Shown here: in pieces, positions 16,274 to 25,528 of the stretch
How the letters are laid out: the number at the start of each line of letters is the position of its first letter
How positions within the stretch are numbered: the stretch's first letter is position 1
IMG/VR virus record: IMGVR_UViG_3300027769_000041
Coordinates: 1-52,124 of that record
Length of the DNA stretch: 52,124 bases
DNA from: a virus
Lineage: Duplodnaviria > Caudoviricetes
Reading direction: 5' to 3' (one strand)
Position numbers and translations under genes: made by a program
The notes under the pieces: generated by a model
What the model was told of the DNA's origin: nothing
The model's input: the letters and a program-made list of their open reading frames with translations, nothing else
Databases searched by the model: none

Positions 16274-18835
16274 TTACTCCTTTGGTTGACCGATTTTTCT
16301 CGACCTCACACTGCTTGCCATCGGATTGATACGGCGCTGATCTGCTTGTTCCTTCGCCCTCGCAATCTCGACACCAAGTTTTGTTCCCTCAAGCTGCTGC
16401 CTGTTGGATTCTTGCGCTTTGTGCTTCTCAATGTCCGCACCCAAGCGTGCTGCTTCAAGCTGCTGCCGACCAGAAATCTCTGCCTCTCGCAGTCGTAACT
16501 CGTCTTCTTTGGCAGCCGCGTCGATGAAGTTTTTCTGCTCTTTGAGGCGAATCTCTTCTGCCTTTGCCTGAGCTTCCATCTGCACCTGCATCTGCTTTGT
16601 CTGGGCCTGCATCTGCTTGATCTGCAAGTCCATCTGCTGCATTTGCACGAGCGGGTCCTGCATTTGCTGAGCCATTTGCTGAGCCTGAGCCTCGGCCTGA
16701 TCTTTCTGGAACAGACGCTGCGCGGCCACAGCCGACACCTGCGAGATCTGCACTTCCAACTCGGGCGTAAGCTCGTACTCCTCGGTGTCCTCGGACGGCA
16801 ACGGCGGCAACGCCACACCCAACTGCTTCTCGATATCTCGGCGGTACTGGAACGCCAAGTGCTCCATGATGTGAGCCTGAAGCGACGAGGTGATCTGCTG
16901 CGCCATCGGGTTTTGCCCGATCATCTGAGCAAACTTCGGGTCTTGACCAAACGCCATGTGGACAGCGATGTGGGCTTCGTGGTCTTGGTAGATAAACGCC
17001 TTGAGCGGGTTGCCCGTCATAGCGTCCATATTCTCCGTGACCGGATCGCGTGGCTTCTGATCGTCCGGCATCGGCACCAACTTGTCCGCATTCTTAACGC
17101 CAAGCACCTCAATCATCTGACGGTGCAGATACGGCATGTTGTACAACTGCGGGGCCGCTTGAGCCAACTGCATCACGGCTTGGTACTGCACGACCTTCTG
17201 CGACATCGTTGCCGCATTCGGGTCACTTACCGGGATGACATCGACATCATCATAGTCAGCCTTTTTAGCCTTGCGACCGCCGACTTCCGGCTCGTAGCTG
17301 TACTCCTCCGGCGTATAGTCTCGGATGATTCCGGCGAGGAGTTTGAACTCCTGCTTCATCGCGTAGTAAATGCGGGCCTGTACAGCCGACATCACCTTCA
17401 GCACGCGCTCCAAGATAGCGAGCGTAGTACCCACCGGAGCCTGCGAGGACATATCGCTAACTTTCAGGTCCGACACAGCAGCGAAGCGGCGTCCTTCCTC
17501 AACGATCTTGTCCATCAACATCGCAAGAGTCTGCGACGGTTCTTTGTACGGAAGCGGCAGGATGTTGTCGCGCACCGCACCACTCGGTACGTCTACGTCT
17601 CGCCATTCTCCCGGTGCAATCGGAGTATCGTCTCCCTTAATTCGGAGTCCTCTAGATTTGAGACCACCCGGAAGGTTGCTGAGAGTTCCCGCATCGACGA
17701 GTTGTCGAAGGAGCGAGGTTGCAGCTTTACTATGTCCCCCGATAAGGTGAATAAGGCCGAAGTAGTAAAATCCAAATCCGGGTATGTATCCGTAGTGGAC
17801 GAAGTGCTGTCGTTTTTGCTTGAGGTCATCGTCTTCCTTCCAATTACGACGGACCGCTAGGACCGTCCCTGTCCCCTTCTCAATCGTCACCACGTACGGC
17901 AGTGCGATCCCTGTCTCGTTGTTGTCCTCGTCAGTGTCCGGATAGTCCGCCAACTCAAGGTTGACGTGCATCTCAAGTAGCTGGAACCGGTCGTCCATTG
18001 ACGCTGAGAACCCTTGGTCCTCGGCCTTCTGTTTCTCCACCTCGTCCATCATGCGAACTGGGTCACCCAAGTCCACATCACGATAGAACCCGGCGTACTG
18101 CAGCTTTCTCAACTCGTTCTTCGTCTTACGCATCCGGTGCGTAACACGCTCAGCCGTCTCCAAGTTTGCCGCGCCGTACGGCACCACGATATCTTCAGCG
18201 GGGATATACACCGCCGTCTGACGCCCAAGGCTCGGGTCGTAATAGATCTTCTTAAATGAGTTACCCGACAGGGCGAGGGAGAGCAGCATCCGCTCATGCT
18301 CAGGGCGGTACTCCTTCATCACCTCAGTGAGTTGGTAGTTCATATCATCCGCAACGCGGATCGCGGCATCCTTCTTCTCTGCCGTTTCCTTACCAACAAT
18401 CTTGGCCTTGACCGGCCCCATCGCCGGAAAGACTTCCATAATAGTCTCAGACTGAAACTTGACGGCCGACTCCATCAAGAGCGGGTGGAACACGCCACAC
18501 GCACCCGGCCACGGCTCAGTACGCTCCTCGTACCGAATGCCAAGGATCTTCAAACCTTTGACGTAGGTATCAAGCCAATCCTTACGGGAGGAGAGGTCTT
18601 GTTCGTAGTGCCCGATCAGTTCCGAAGCGAGGGTTTGCAACTCGCTTTCGCTCATAAAGTCGGCGAGGTTCGCATCGAACTCTTCCGCCCGAGGCTTAGA
18701 CTTTTGGAACTCTACAATCGCCCCGTCCTCTTCGGACATCGGCTCGATCTCAATCTCGACTTCAACCGGCTCCATCTCGGCGGCGAGGACCGCGATACCT
18801 TGGGGAGCCTCCATCAAACTTTTATCGACGGCCAT
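16274..18835 (-). CDS. Portal protein with long C-terminal coiled coil
   Basis: 853 aa after terL; EPWPGACGVFHPLL.ES.V.FQ, G..FKK.YYD, GFY.FGLIH.IGG, LVDAGTL.NLPGG; Gln-rich helical tail. Confidence 0.88.
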   Translation of the reverse strand: MAVDKSLMEAPQGIAVLAAEMEPVEVEIEIEPMSEEDGAIVEFQKSKPRAEEFDANLADFMSESELQTLASELIGHYEQDLSSRKDWLDTYVKGLKILGIRYEERTEPWPGACGVFHPLLMESAVKFQSETIMEVFPAMGPVKAKIVGKETAEKKDAAIRVADDMNYQLTEVMKEYRPEHERMLLSLALSGNSFKKIYYDPSLGRQTAVYIPAEDIVVPYGAANLETAERVTHRMRKTKNELRKLQYAGFYRDVDLGDPVRMMDEVEKQKAEDQGFSASMDDRFQLLEMHVNLELADYPDTDEDNNETGIALPYVVTIEKGTGTVLAVRRNWKEDDDLKQKRQHFVHYGYIPGFGFYYFGLIHLIGGHSKAATSLLRQLVDAGTLSNLPGGLKSRGLRIKGDDTPIAPGEWRDVDVPSGAVRDNILPLPYKEPSQTLAMLMDKIVEEGRRFAAVSDLKVSDMSSQAPVGTTLAILERVLKVMSAVQARIYYAMKQEFKLLAGIIRDYTPEEYSYEPEVGGRKAKKADYDDVDVIPVSDPNAATMSQKVVQYQAVMQLAQAAPQLYNMPYLHRQMIEVLGVKNADKLVPMPDDQKPRDPVTENMDAMTGNPLKAFIYQDHEAHIAVHMAFGQDPKFAQMIGQNPMAQQITSSLQAHIMEHLAFQYRRDIEKQLGVALPPLPSEDTEEYELTPELEVQISQVSAVAAQRLFQKDQAEAQAQQMAQQMQDPLVQMQQMDLQIKQMQAQTKQMQVQMEAQAKAEEIRLKEQKNFIDAAAKEDELRLREAEISGRQQLEAARLGADIEKHKAQESNRQQLEGTKLGVEIARAKEQADQRRINPMASSVRSRKIGQPKE

Positions 18836-18846
18836 CTCAATATCTC

Positions 18847-20355
18847 CTAATAAAAGCCTTCACGCCGATGGCTCTTAAACCATCGGGTCGGTTCCGGTTC
18901 ATCCGAGGGAAGACGAATAAATCCCCCCTGCCTGAAGCGGAGTAGGGCTAAAGTGGTAGCGTCCACCAAGTCATCATGGGTTCCTGCCGGGAAGTCATTA
19001 CACTCTTCCACAACCTCCCAAGCCCATCGTCGGTCAGGCACCCAAACTATACCTGAAGAAAAGAGGTCGGTTACGGCATTGACCCGGCTGATCTTGTCCT
19101 GACCCTTACCCGGCGTAAACTCCGCAATCGGCACGCCCATTCTCCGCATCTCCTGATACAGCGCCGCGCCGTTAGATTTCTTCTCGACCACGAACGTATC
19201 CGGCTGCCACTCCTTGTACTGCTCTAGCACAAGCTCCTTTAGCTCCGGAAACTCAAGCCGCTCCTTGATCGCGTTCAACAGGATAATGTTGTAGTTCTGC
19301 GTGGACTCGTTCTTAAAGACACCCCAAGTCAGCAGGGCGTTGTAGTCCGACCGGTTGGTTTTCTCCTGCGCGGCGTCGAGCGTCATAATAATGTGCTCAC
19401 ATGAGGGCGGGATCTCTCGGTCCCACACCTGCCACCACTCGCGCTTGATCAGGGCACCTTCTTCGGAGGTCGGCTCCTGCATGTACTGGGCTTGCCAATA
19501 CCGCACGTCCATCGAGGCTTTCTTCGCCAATAACTCGTCGATACCCCAAAAGTCGGGCCATAGGGGTTTGTCGTTCAGGATGGCAGGGAACTCAACTACT
19601 TCCCACTGATCTGCCCCTTCCTCGCGGGTCATGTGATCGACGATCTTCCCCGTCAGGTCCATCTTGCTCCACCGCGTCATCACCACGATGATCGCGCCAC
19701 CCGGCATTAGTCGTTGGACGGGGCCTGACTGGAACCATTCCCAAGCCGGTTCAAAAACATCTGCGCGATTTTGTTTAGCTTCCTGTTCTGAATGGGGATC
19801 GTCAATAATGAACAGATCAGCGCCTCGACCAGCAAGAGCACCGCCAACACCGATAGCAAAATACTCACCATTAAAATTAGTACCCCATCGTGAAGCAGAC
19901 TTACTATCAGCTTGCAAAGAGACATTAGGGAAGATGTCACGGTAGCCTTCTCCTCCAACTAAGTTACGCACCCGTCTACCAAAGTTCACCGCCAAATCTG
20001 CGGTGTGTGAGGCCATAATCACCTTCTTCTGCGGGTATTTGCCTAGGAACCACGCAGGTGCTAGGTAACTGATCATCTCTGACTTGCCGTGACGAGGGGC
20101 GATATTGACGATCACCCGCTTCTTTCTGCCTTCGGCTATTTCTTCAAAGATTTTGGCAAGTTTCTTATGGTGCGGGCCAACCTTATAGCCCGGATACACG
20201 TGATGGATGAAGTCTAGGAACGAATCTTTGCCTAGTTTCTGCGTAATTTGGTTCTGATACTGCTTCAGAAGCTCTGCAACACGCCGTTTCTCCTTATCAG
20301 GCATCGTTGGCAATGCTTGACGGAGCTTTACGAGGTTTTCTTGGGTCAGTTGCAC
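18847..20355 (-). CDS. terL: Terminase large subunit
   Basis: Walker A APRHGKS, Walker B FIIDDPH, coupling motif MTRW, nuclease residues TLDAA and HDDLVDA. Confidence 0.95.
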   Translation of the reverse strand: MQLTQENLVKLRQALPTMPDKEKRRVAELLKQYQNQITQKLGKDSFLDFIHHVYPGYKVGPHHKKLAKIFEEIAEGRKKRVIVNIAPRHGKSEMISYLAPAWFLGKYPQKKVIMASHTADLAVNFGRRVRNLVGGEGYRDIFPNVSLQADSKSASRWGTNFNGEYFAIGVGGALAGRGADLFIIDDPHSEQEAKQNRADVFEPAWEWFQSGPVQRLMPGGAIIVVMTRWSKMDLTGKIVDHMTREEGADQWEVVEFPAILNDKPLWPDFWGIDELLAKKASMDVRYWQAQYMQEPTSEEGALIKREWWQVWDREIPPSCEHIIMTLDAAQEKTNRSDYNALLTWGVFKNESTQNYNIILLNAIKERLEFPELKELVLEQYKEWQPDTFVVEKKSNGAALYQEMRRMGVPIAEFTPGKGQDKISRVNAVTDLFSSGIVWVPDRRWAWEVVEECNDFPAGTHDDLVDATTLALLRFRQGGFIRLPSDEPEPTRWFKSHRREGFY

Positions 20356-20361
20356 GATATT

Positions 20362-20547
20362 TTACTGACCGAGTAGGTCCCGAATGCCCTGACTTTCACG
20401 ACTCCACAGCCCAATCGGACATCTTTGGCCCGCAAACCGCACTTTGCCCTTAATAATGCAGCCACAACGCTTACAGATACCCATTTTGTTGTGCTCACAC
20501 GGCTCGCAGTGCGCCAAACGCTCCTGCACCGTAGCATCTCTAGCCAT
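20362..20547 (-). CDS. Small Cys-rich protein (DUF6171-like)
   Basis: RLAHCEPC...CKRCGC...K......CPIGLW. Confidence 0.65.
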   Translation of the reverse strand: MARDATVQERLAHCEPCEHNKMGICKRCGCIIKGKVRFAGQRCPIGLWSRESQGIRDLLGQ

Positions 20548-21103
20548 CAGAGCCACTGACTACCTCCTTACCGTCCTCCAAAACCTTGTATTCGATGCCT
20601 TCAAGCACCGACATCAGCTCTTTCTCGACCTCTTCGATGGGCTTAATGATGTGTGTCGTCTCACTACGCTTCTTAAATGCGTCGATTCCGTCCACTTCGC
20701 CCAACTTAGCGAGAGCACTGATGCGCGTTTTGCTGCTATCTGCGTGCTCTACTTCATATACAAGCTTATTGACGACGTAGAGTTTGAGTTCTGATAGGTC
20801 ATCTACGAGCATACAGTTGCCCTGCGCGACCAAACCCGCGAGGTACGCCATCGTTTCGTTCGGGTACTTGCTGTAATCAACCCGAGTCTTCGGGTTAGCA
20901 AGGTGGGCAGTGGCAATCTCTCTAGCTGCCGAGATGTCATTCTCGTCAGGGCACAGCGGGGTGCCGGTCATATCAGCAATTAGCTTAATACTTCTCGCCC
21001 GCATCTCGATCTCCGCTTCGGGAGTGAGGTCAGGCAAGGCTTCCGCCGCGTTAGCGGGCAGGGGGATGTTCTCGTCAATTTCAGGTATGAGCAAATCTTG
21101 CAT
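20540..21103 (-). CDS. Putative terminase small subunit
   Basis: First gene of the late operon, upstream of terL; helical, RISALAKLG..DG.DAF pattern. Confidence 0.6.
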   Translation of the reverse strand: MQDLLIPEIDENIPLPANAAEALPDLTPEAEIEMRARSIKLIADMTGTPLCPDENDISAAREIATAHLANPKTRVDYSKYPNETMAYLAGLVAQGNCMLVDDLSELKLYVVNKLVYEVEHADSSKTRISALAKLGEVDGIDAFKKRSETTHIIKPIEEVEKELMSVLEGIEYKVLEDGKEVVSGSDG

Positions 21104-21360
21104 GGCTTAGAGGGAACCAAGAACCCTAGGTCAACACAATATATATGTATTAAAACAGCATGGTACCAAAAAGACAACCGGGGGTGTTTTATAGGCGAGG
21201 GGGTGGGGTCTAGTTGGCCAAGTTTTCAAAATGTGTACGTCGTTTGTGTCGAGCTAAGTGTATGGGCGGATCAGTCGGAGTCCCAATCAGAATCGGGGCA
21301 TACGGGGTGGGTGGGGTCTGACTCTGCCCGGTTTCGTCCTGCCAAGCGGGTACGGGGTCG

Positions 21361-21376
21361 CGTATCAAATGATACG
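21361..21376. promoter_or_regulatory. 16-bp palindrome copy 1 (CGTATCAAATGATACG)
   Basis: Read directly; upstream of the first early gene. Confidence 0.75.
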
Positions 21377-21490
21377 GCGATCGAAATATCGTCAAAAAAA
21401 GTTTTGATATTGCGGAACTATCGCGAACCCACATTGTCTAAATGGGTACAAGGGCGGCACATCGCTGCTCAGTCAAAGAGGTAACACGAT

Positions 21491-22033
21491 ATGAATAAGA
21501 TCACACTCGCAATTCTGGCGGCTCATGCGGTTGAACAGGTCAAGGCTGAGGATCGTGCGGCTGACGTTTTGGACGGTGGCGCGGCTGGTACTGCTGCGAT
21601 GTTCCACGAGTATCTCGTGGGGCAAGGCTTAGACTTGGATACCGCCAAGGGCACGAAAGTCTTCGACGATGCTTGCGACACTCTCCGAGCTGCCTACCGC
21701 TCGCAGTACTGCAATCGACCACGCAAAGGCGTCAACATGGAATTGGCGCGCATGGTCATGGAATCGACCGAAACTCAGCGGGCTGAGTGGGTAAAGGACT
21801 CAGAAGAAAAGCGAGTCTGGGGCAAGATTCAAGACTTCGGCCGCACCAAGTTGCAGCGCGTGAATCAGATTCTGTGGCCGAAAGAGGATAGCGCGGGCGA
21901 GTCGGGCAAGACTAAAAAAGCGCCGTCGCCTGATACCATTCTTGCCAATCTCGATGCGTTCTTGGCATCCAATCCGCCTCAGGCCTTGATCGACAATCTG
22001 TTCGACCAAGTAGCCAAGCGCCGCAAAAAGTAA
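21491..22033 (+). CDS. First early gene, hypothetical protein
   Basis: 180 aa; GAGGT RBS; followed by a palindrome and a terminator. Confidence 0.75.
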   Translation: MNKITLAILAAHAVEQVKAEDRAADVLDGGAAGTAAMFHEYLVGQGLDLDTAKGTKVFDDACDTLRAAYRSQYCNRPRKGVNMELARMVMESTETQRAEWVKDSEEKRVWGKIQDFGRTKLQRVNQILWPKEDSAGESGKTKKAPSPDTILANLDAFLASNPPQALIDNLFDQVAKRRKK

Positions 22034-22041
22034 GCGCCGCC

Positions 22042-22057
22042 CGTATCAATTGATACG
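22042..22057. promoter_or_regulatory. 16-bp palindrome copy 2 (CGTATCAATTGATACG)
   Basis: Between the stop codon and the terminator hairpin. Confidence 0.75.
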
Positions 22058-22059
22058 CC

Positions 22060-22097
22060 GCCCTGCCGGGGAAACCCGGCGGGGCTTTGTCGTTTTT
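22060..22097 (+). terminator. Intrinsic terminator
   Basis: GCCCTGCCGGG-GAAA-CCCGGCGGGGC followed by TTTGTCGTTTTT. Confidence 0.8.
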
Positions 22098-22135
22098 GCG
22101 CCACATCTCGCCGACGCCGTTCGGCCTCGCTCCGC

Positions 22136-22197
22136 GAGACCAGTTCTAATCGAGACCAGTTCTCAACGAAGCCAGTTCTTTGTGTGAAGCCAGTTCT
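22136..22197. repeat. Four direct repeats GARRCCAGTTCT
   Basis: CCAGTTCT at 22140, 22156, 22172 and 22190. Confidence 0.8.
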
Positions 22198-22216
22198 GGA
22201 TGAGTGCGAACGAGTT

Positions 22217-22600
22217 TGTTCCAAGCCCCCGACTGAGTTTGTTCCAAAACCGGAAAACGCTTGGAACAAGATTTTACTTTGTGAATCAAAGACTTAACTC
22301 GTTTTGTTCCAATGTTCCAATGTTCCAAGATGATGAACAAAGTTTGGCAAGGGGGAGGGGGGACACGCAGCGTCATTTGTTAAAAAATAAAATGAAGTCC
22401 CCCCACGCAATTTTTACTCTCCGGCTCTTTCCAATTCACTATTTTTGGAACATTGGAACAAAACGCCTTTATATATATATTTTTATAAAAAACTACTACT
22501 ACTACTCTAACAAAATCAAGCACTTACGTTTGACCCGACCCCCAAAATCTTGAAGAATAATCCCAATCTTCATTTTGGAACATTTGGAACAAATGGAACA
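22217..22600. other. Putative replication origin (TGTTCCAA iterons, two IHF-consensus sites, AT-rich core)
   Basis: TGTTCCAA at 22217, 22240, 22305, 22313, 22321; TTGGAACA at 22261, 22445, 22453, 22575, 22584; WATCAANNNNTTR at 22284 and 22514; pure A/T run 22468-22492. Confidence 0.6.
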
Positions 22601-22631
22601 GATTATCTCACCCACGCGACAATCCAAGCAG

Positions 22632-22647
22632 CGTATCAATTGATACG
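22632..22647. promoter_or_regulatory. 16-bp palindrome copy 3
   Basis: CGTATCAATTGATACG. Confidence 0.75.
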
Positions 22648-23041
22648 GTGATTCCGAGTAGGCCAAGCCTATACCCTAATTAAATAGCCATCGCCAAGAA
22701 AAACAACATATGACGCGTGCGTAGGGAACCCGGTATGGGGGGTCACCACCCCGCAAAGCCATCGCCAAGAACGTCAAGAACTCACAATGTCAGTGGAACA
22801 AGCGGAACAAAACACAGCAGCGATGTAAAAAACTTTAAAAAATCACGCTTTCCACGGGAACTAATCCCGAAACTCGCGGTCTAAATATATGAGACGGATG
22901 GTTGCATCCGTTGGGTTCTCGCGGTGCTGTTGGGTTCGTTTTGCGGTACTCACAGTGTCCACGTGAGGATTTAGTTTTTTAGGTGACGCTTGCGGGGGAA
23001 AAATTCCTACTTGGTGAGCGTCAAGATTGGGACTATTCGAG

Positions 23042-23057
23042 CGTATCAAATGATACG
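23042..23057. promoter_or_regulatory. 16-bp palindrome copy 4
   Basis: CGTATCAAATGATACG, abutting the GGAGG RBS of the 23069 gene. Confidence 0.75.
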
Positions 23058-23068
23058 GAGGTGGCGAA

Positions 23069-23269
23069 GTGGGAACTATGTGGTGCGTGAAGTGTCAGAT
23101 GGAGCAGGTCGCAGCCAAGCGAGTCGAGGCGGGGTTCATTACCTGCCTACGCTGTGGCGAGGCCGATGCTCGCAAGGTACGGCACACAATCGTACCGATG
23201 CACAAGAGTAATTACGTGGTGGTGTCTGATAGGGCGCTGCTGAAGTGTCTGAACAAGGTAGCGAGGTGA
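23069..23269 (+). CDS. C4 zinc-finger protein (DksA/TraR-like finger)
   Basis: CVKC......KR...G..TCLRCGE; GGAGG RBS. Confidence 0.65.
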   Translation: MGTMWCVKCQMEQVAAKRVEAGFITCLRCGEADARKVRHTIVPMHKSNYVVVSDRALLKCLNKVAR

Positions 23270-23302
23270 ACGAGATGGAGCAGAGTAATGAACGAGGTAG
23301 AG

Positions 23303-23446
23303 ATGAAACACATCCGAGATGAGTTAGAAAAAGTCTTAGAAAACTTGCAAAAACTACGGAACTTACGCGATGAACTCGGGTCTAAGGTTATAGCAGCCGA
23401 CGCATATCGGCGTTATTTAGAGTCGAAGTTAGAACGTAACAACTAA
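23303..23446 (+). CDS. Small coiled-coil hypothetical protein (47 aa)
   Basis: Below cutoff. MKHIRDELEKVLENLQKLRNLRDELGSKVIAADAYRRYLESKLERNN; GAGGTAG RBS. Confidence 0.55.
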   Translation: MKHIRDELEKVLENLQKLRNLRDELGSKVIAADAYRRYLESKLERNN

Positions 23447-23449
23447 CAG

Positions 23450-23465
23450 CGTATCAAATGATACG
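23450..23465. promoter_or_regulatory. 16-bp palindrome copy 5
   Basis: CGTATCAAATGATACG, just before AACGAGGTAGCA-ACATG. Confidence 0.75.
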
Positions 23466-23484
23466 GAACTAACGAGGTAGCAAC

Positions 23485-24396
23485 ATGACTGACAATCTAC
23501 TGAACAAGCCGAACCACATCGTTTCACTAGCCACTTCATGTGTCCTAGTTTCGGTCGAGTCGCACGTGTGGAACGCGACGGTGCAAGACAAGCAGATCAG
23601 CGACGAGGTGACGACGGCGAAGAAGGCCAGCACCGACAGCGGCAAGTTTGTGAAGAATCTTCTTGCCAAGAACGCCGAACACAAAGCGGTGCTGAACTAT
23701 CGTCAGACCATCTATAACTGGGTGCAGCGGTGCACGTATGACTGGGCGGGATCGCAACGCCTATTACCCATCGCCAACCTGACTAAGTTTCACACCGAGT
23801 TTCGGGAGCATGAGCTTAGGTTCAATGAGTTGGTCGATGAATTCTTGGACAAGTACCCGGCCATCGTGTCGAACATGGCCTTTGTACAGGGCGATATGTT
23901 TGATCGCAGCGAATACCCCGACGTGACTGAACTCGCACACAAGTTTTCGGTGGATTTATTCCAATACGAAGTACCTACGGGCGACTTCCGCTGTGCTATC
24001 GCACAAGACTTAATTGATGACATGGCTACGCACTACAACAGGCAAGCCAAGCGCATGGTCGAGAGCATCCTGTCGAAGCAGACCGAACAGTTACTCGACA
24101 TCATGAAGTCTATCTCGTATTGCTGCGAGGTCGAGACGACGGTGGACAGTAACGGCGAGGTCAAGGTGCGTCGTAGAAAACTGTATGACTCCACGTTGGA
24201 TCGTGCCCGCGAGTTATGCGACACATTCAAGGAGTTTAATTTGGTGGCTGACCCGAAGTTGGAGGAAGCCCGAGCGGGACTGTCGAAACTGTTGGAGGGT
24301 GTAGAGATTGAAAAACTACGGAACTCTGACACGCAACGTGTGGTCATAAAGGAAGGTATCGACGACATCCTGAGCAAATTCGGCGTGAGCGTTTGA
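23485..24396 (+). CDS. DUF3150-like protein
   Basis: LVSV...W.A...D...S.EV...K.A....G.F.K.L...W...RLLP...F...YP pattern; precedes the AAA-vWA pair. Confidence 0.65.
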   Translation: MTDNLLNKPNHIVSLATSCVLVSVESHVWNATVQDKQISDEVTTAKKASTDSGKFVKNLLAKNAEHKAVLNYRQTIYNWVQRCTYDWAGSQRLLPIANLTKFHTEFREHELRFNELVDEFLDKYPAIVSNMAFVQGDMFDRSEYPDVTELAHKFSVDLFQYEVPTGDFRCAIAQDLIDDMATHYNRQAKRMVESILSKQTEQLLDIMKSISYCCEVETTVDSNGEVKVRRRKLYDSTLDRARELCDTFKEFNLVADPKLEEARAGLSKLLEGVEIEKLRNSDTQRVVIKEGIDDILSKFGVSV

Positions 24397-24403
24397 ACAT
24401 AAC

Positions 24404-24419
24404 CGTATCAATTGATACG
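24404..24419. promoter_or_regulatory. 16-bp palindrome copy 6
   Basis: CGTATCAATTGATACG, just before AACGAGGTAGCA-GACATG. Confidence 0.75.
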
Positions 24420-24435
24420 CAACGAGGTAGCAGAC

Positions 24436-25521
24436 ATGAGTAACAAGACAATTAACTTTAACAACCCGGTCGAACTTAACGACGTACCGGTGTTGATCTC
24501 AACGATTGGACAGCAGCGCACGATCTTGCTGCGTGGCGAGCCGGGTATCGGCAAGTCAACGGTGCTGAAGAACTTGGAGGCTATGCACGGCGATGCGTAT
24601 GACTATATCTACGCAGACTGCCCGGTGATGGACGTGTCCGACGTGGTGATGCGGATTCCTGATCATGAGACCAAGACATTGCAATCGTATGTGTCTGAGT
24701 TGTTCAAGTTGGATTCGCCCAAGCCAAAGATGATCATGCTTGACGAGGTGACCAAGGCAAACAAGTTGCTGCAAGTTATCTTTACCCGACTCATGCTAGA
24801 GAGAACTGTAGGCGATACCAAGTTACCCCCCAACAGCGTCGTGTTCGCAACGGGTAATAACGTCACTGATGGTGTGGGTGACACGCTGTCGGCGCACGTA
24901 CTGAATCGTCTGTGTGTGATCAATGTACGCAAGCCCGATGCCCGGCGTTGGAGTTTGTGGGCAACTGATAACGGTATCTCTCGCGTTGTTCGTGCGTGGG
25001 TGGCGATGAACTCTAACTCGCTCGCGTCGTATCTCGACGGTGGGCAGGAGAACAATCCGTACATCTTCAATCCGACGAAGCCTATTACATCTTTCGTCAC
25101 GCCCCGATCATTGGTTGGTGCTGATGCGGTGATCAAGCAGCGTGACAAGTTGGGTACATACGTGGCGCAAGCAGCGTTGGCAGGTCTGTGCGGTGGTGCG
25201 TTCGCTGAATCTATCGCTGCGTTCATGTCGATGGAGAAAGAGTTGGTGTCAGTTAAGACGATCATTGATAACCCTGACACTACGCCAATCCCCGAGCGTC
25301 CGGCTGCGTTGTTCATGACGATGTTCAATGCGGTGGACACTATCGAGACGCAAGATGACCTGTCGGCGTTCATGACGTTCGTCAAACGGATTCCATCCGA
25401 CGAGGCAAAGACTTGCTTCTATTCGATGGCGTTCGAGTCTAAGCGTACCGCTCGGTTGGCTAAGAACAACAACGACCTGCGCGAGTGGGGCATGAAGAAC
25501 CTTGAACTGTTGATGCCGTGA
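24436..25521 (+). CDS. AAA+ ATPase (MoxR/dynein-related)
   Basis: Walker A GEPGIGKS, Walker B IMLDE, sensor ATGN, Arg finger LNR, TPRS; start revised to the ATG after GAGGT. Confidence 0.88.
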   Translation: MSNKTINFNNPVELNDVPVLISTIGQQRTILLRGEPGIGKSTVLKNLEAMHGDAYDYIYADCPVMDVSDVVMRIPDHETKTLQSYVSELFKLDSPKPKMIMLDEVTKANKLLQVIFTRLMLERTVGDTKLPPNSVVFATGNNVTDGVGDTLSAHVLNRLCVINVRKPDARRWSLWATDNGISRVVRAWVAMNSNSLASYLDGGQENNPYIFNPTKPITSFVTPRSLVGADAVIKQRDKLGTYVAQAALAGLCGGAFAESIAAFMSMEKELVSVKTIIDNPDTTPIPERPAALFMTMFNAVDTIETQDDLSAFMTFVKRIPSDEAKTCFYSMAFESKRTARLAKNNNDLREWGMKNLELLMP

Positions 25522-25528
25522 GGTGTGT

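Noticed and set aside
12809-17860. Long plus-strand ORFs antisense to capsid, cement and portal genes (250, 207, 405 aa)
   Set aside because: Antisense shadows of strongly codon-biased genes; no motifs or RBS.
19740-19980. Intron or intein in terL suggested by a locally AT-richer patch
   Set aside because: The frame is continuous, the patch encodes conserved ATPase motifs and the protein has normal length; at most a recombined allele segment.
22140-22330. Alphaproteobacterial LexA boxes (GTTC-N7-GTTC)
   Set aside because: GTTC cores are spaced 8, 16, 18 or 23 bp, not 11.
21098-23211. ORFs 21098-21484, 22200-22553, 22146-22376, 22861-23049, 22990-23211
   Set aside because: They run through repeats, AT tracts and palindromes, lack RBS and have no protein-like composition; the region is better read as non-coding.
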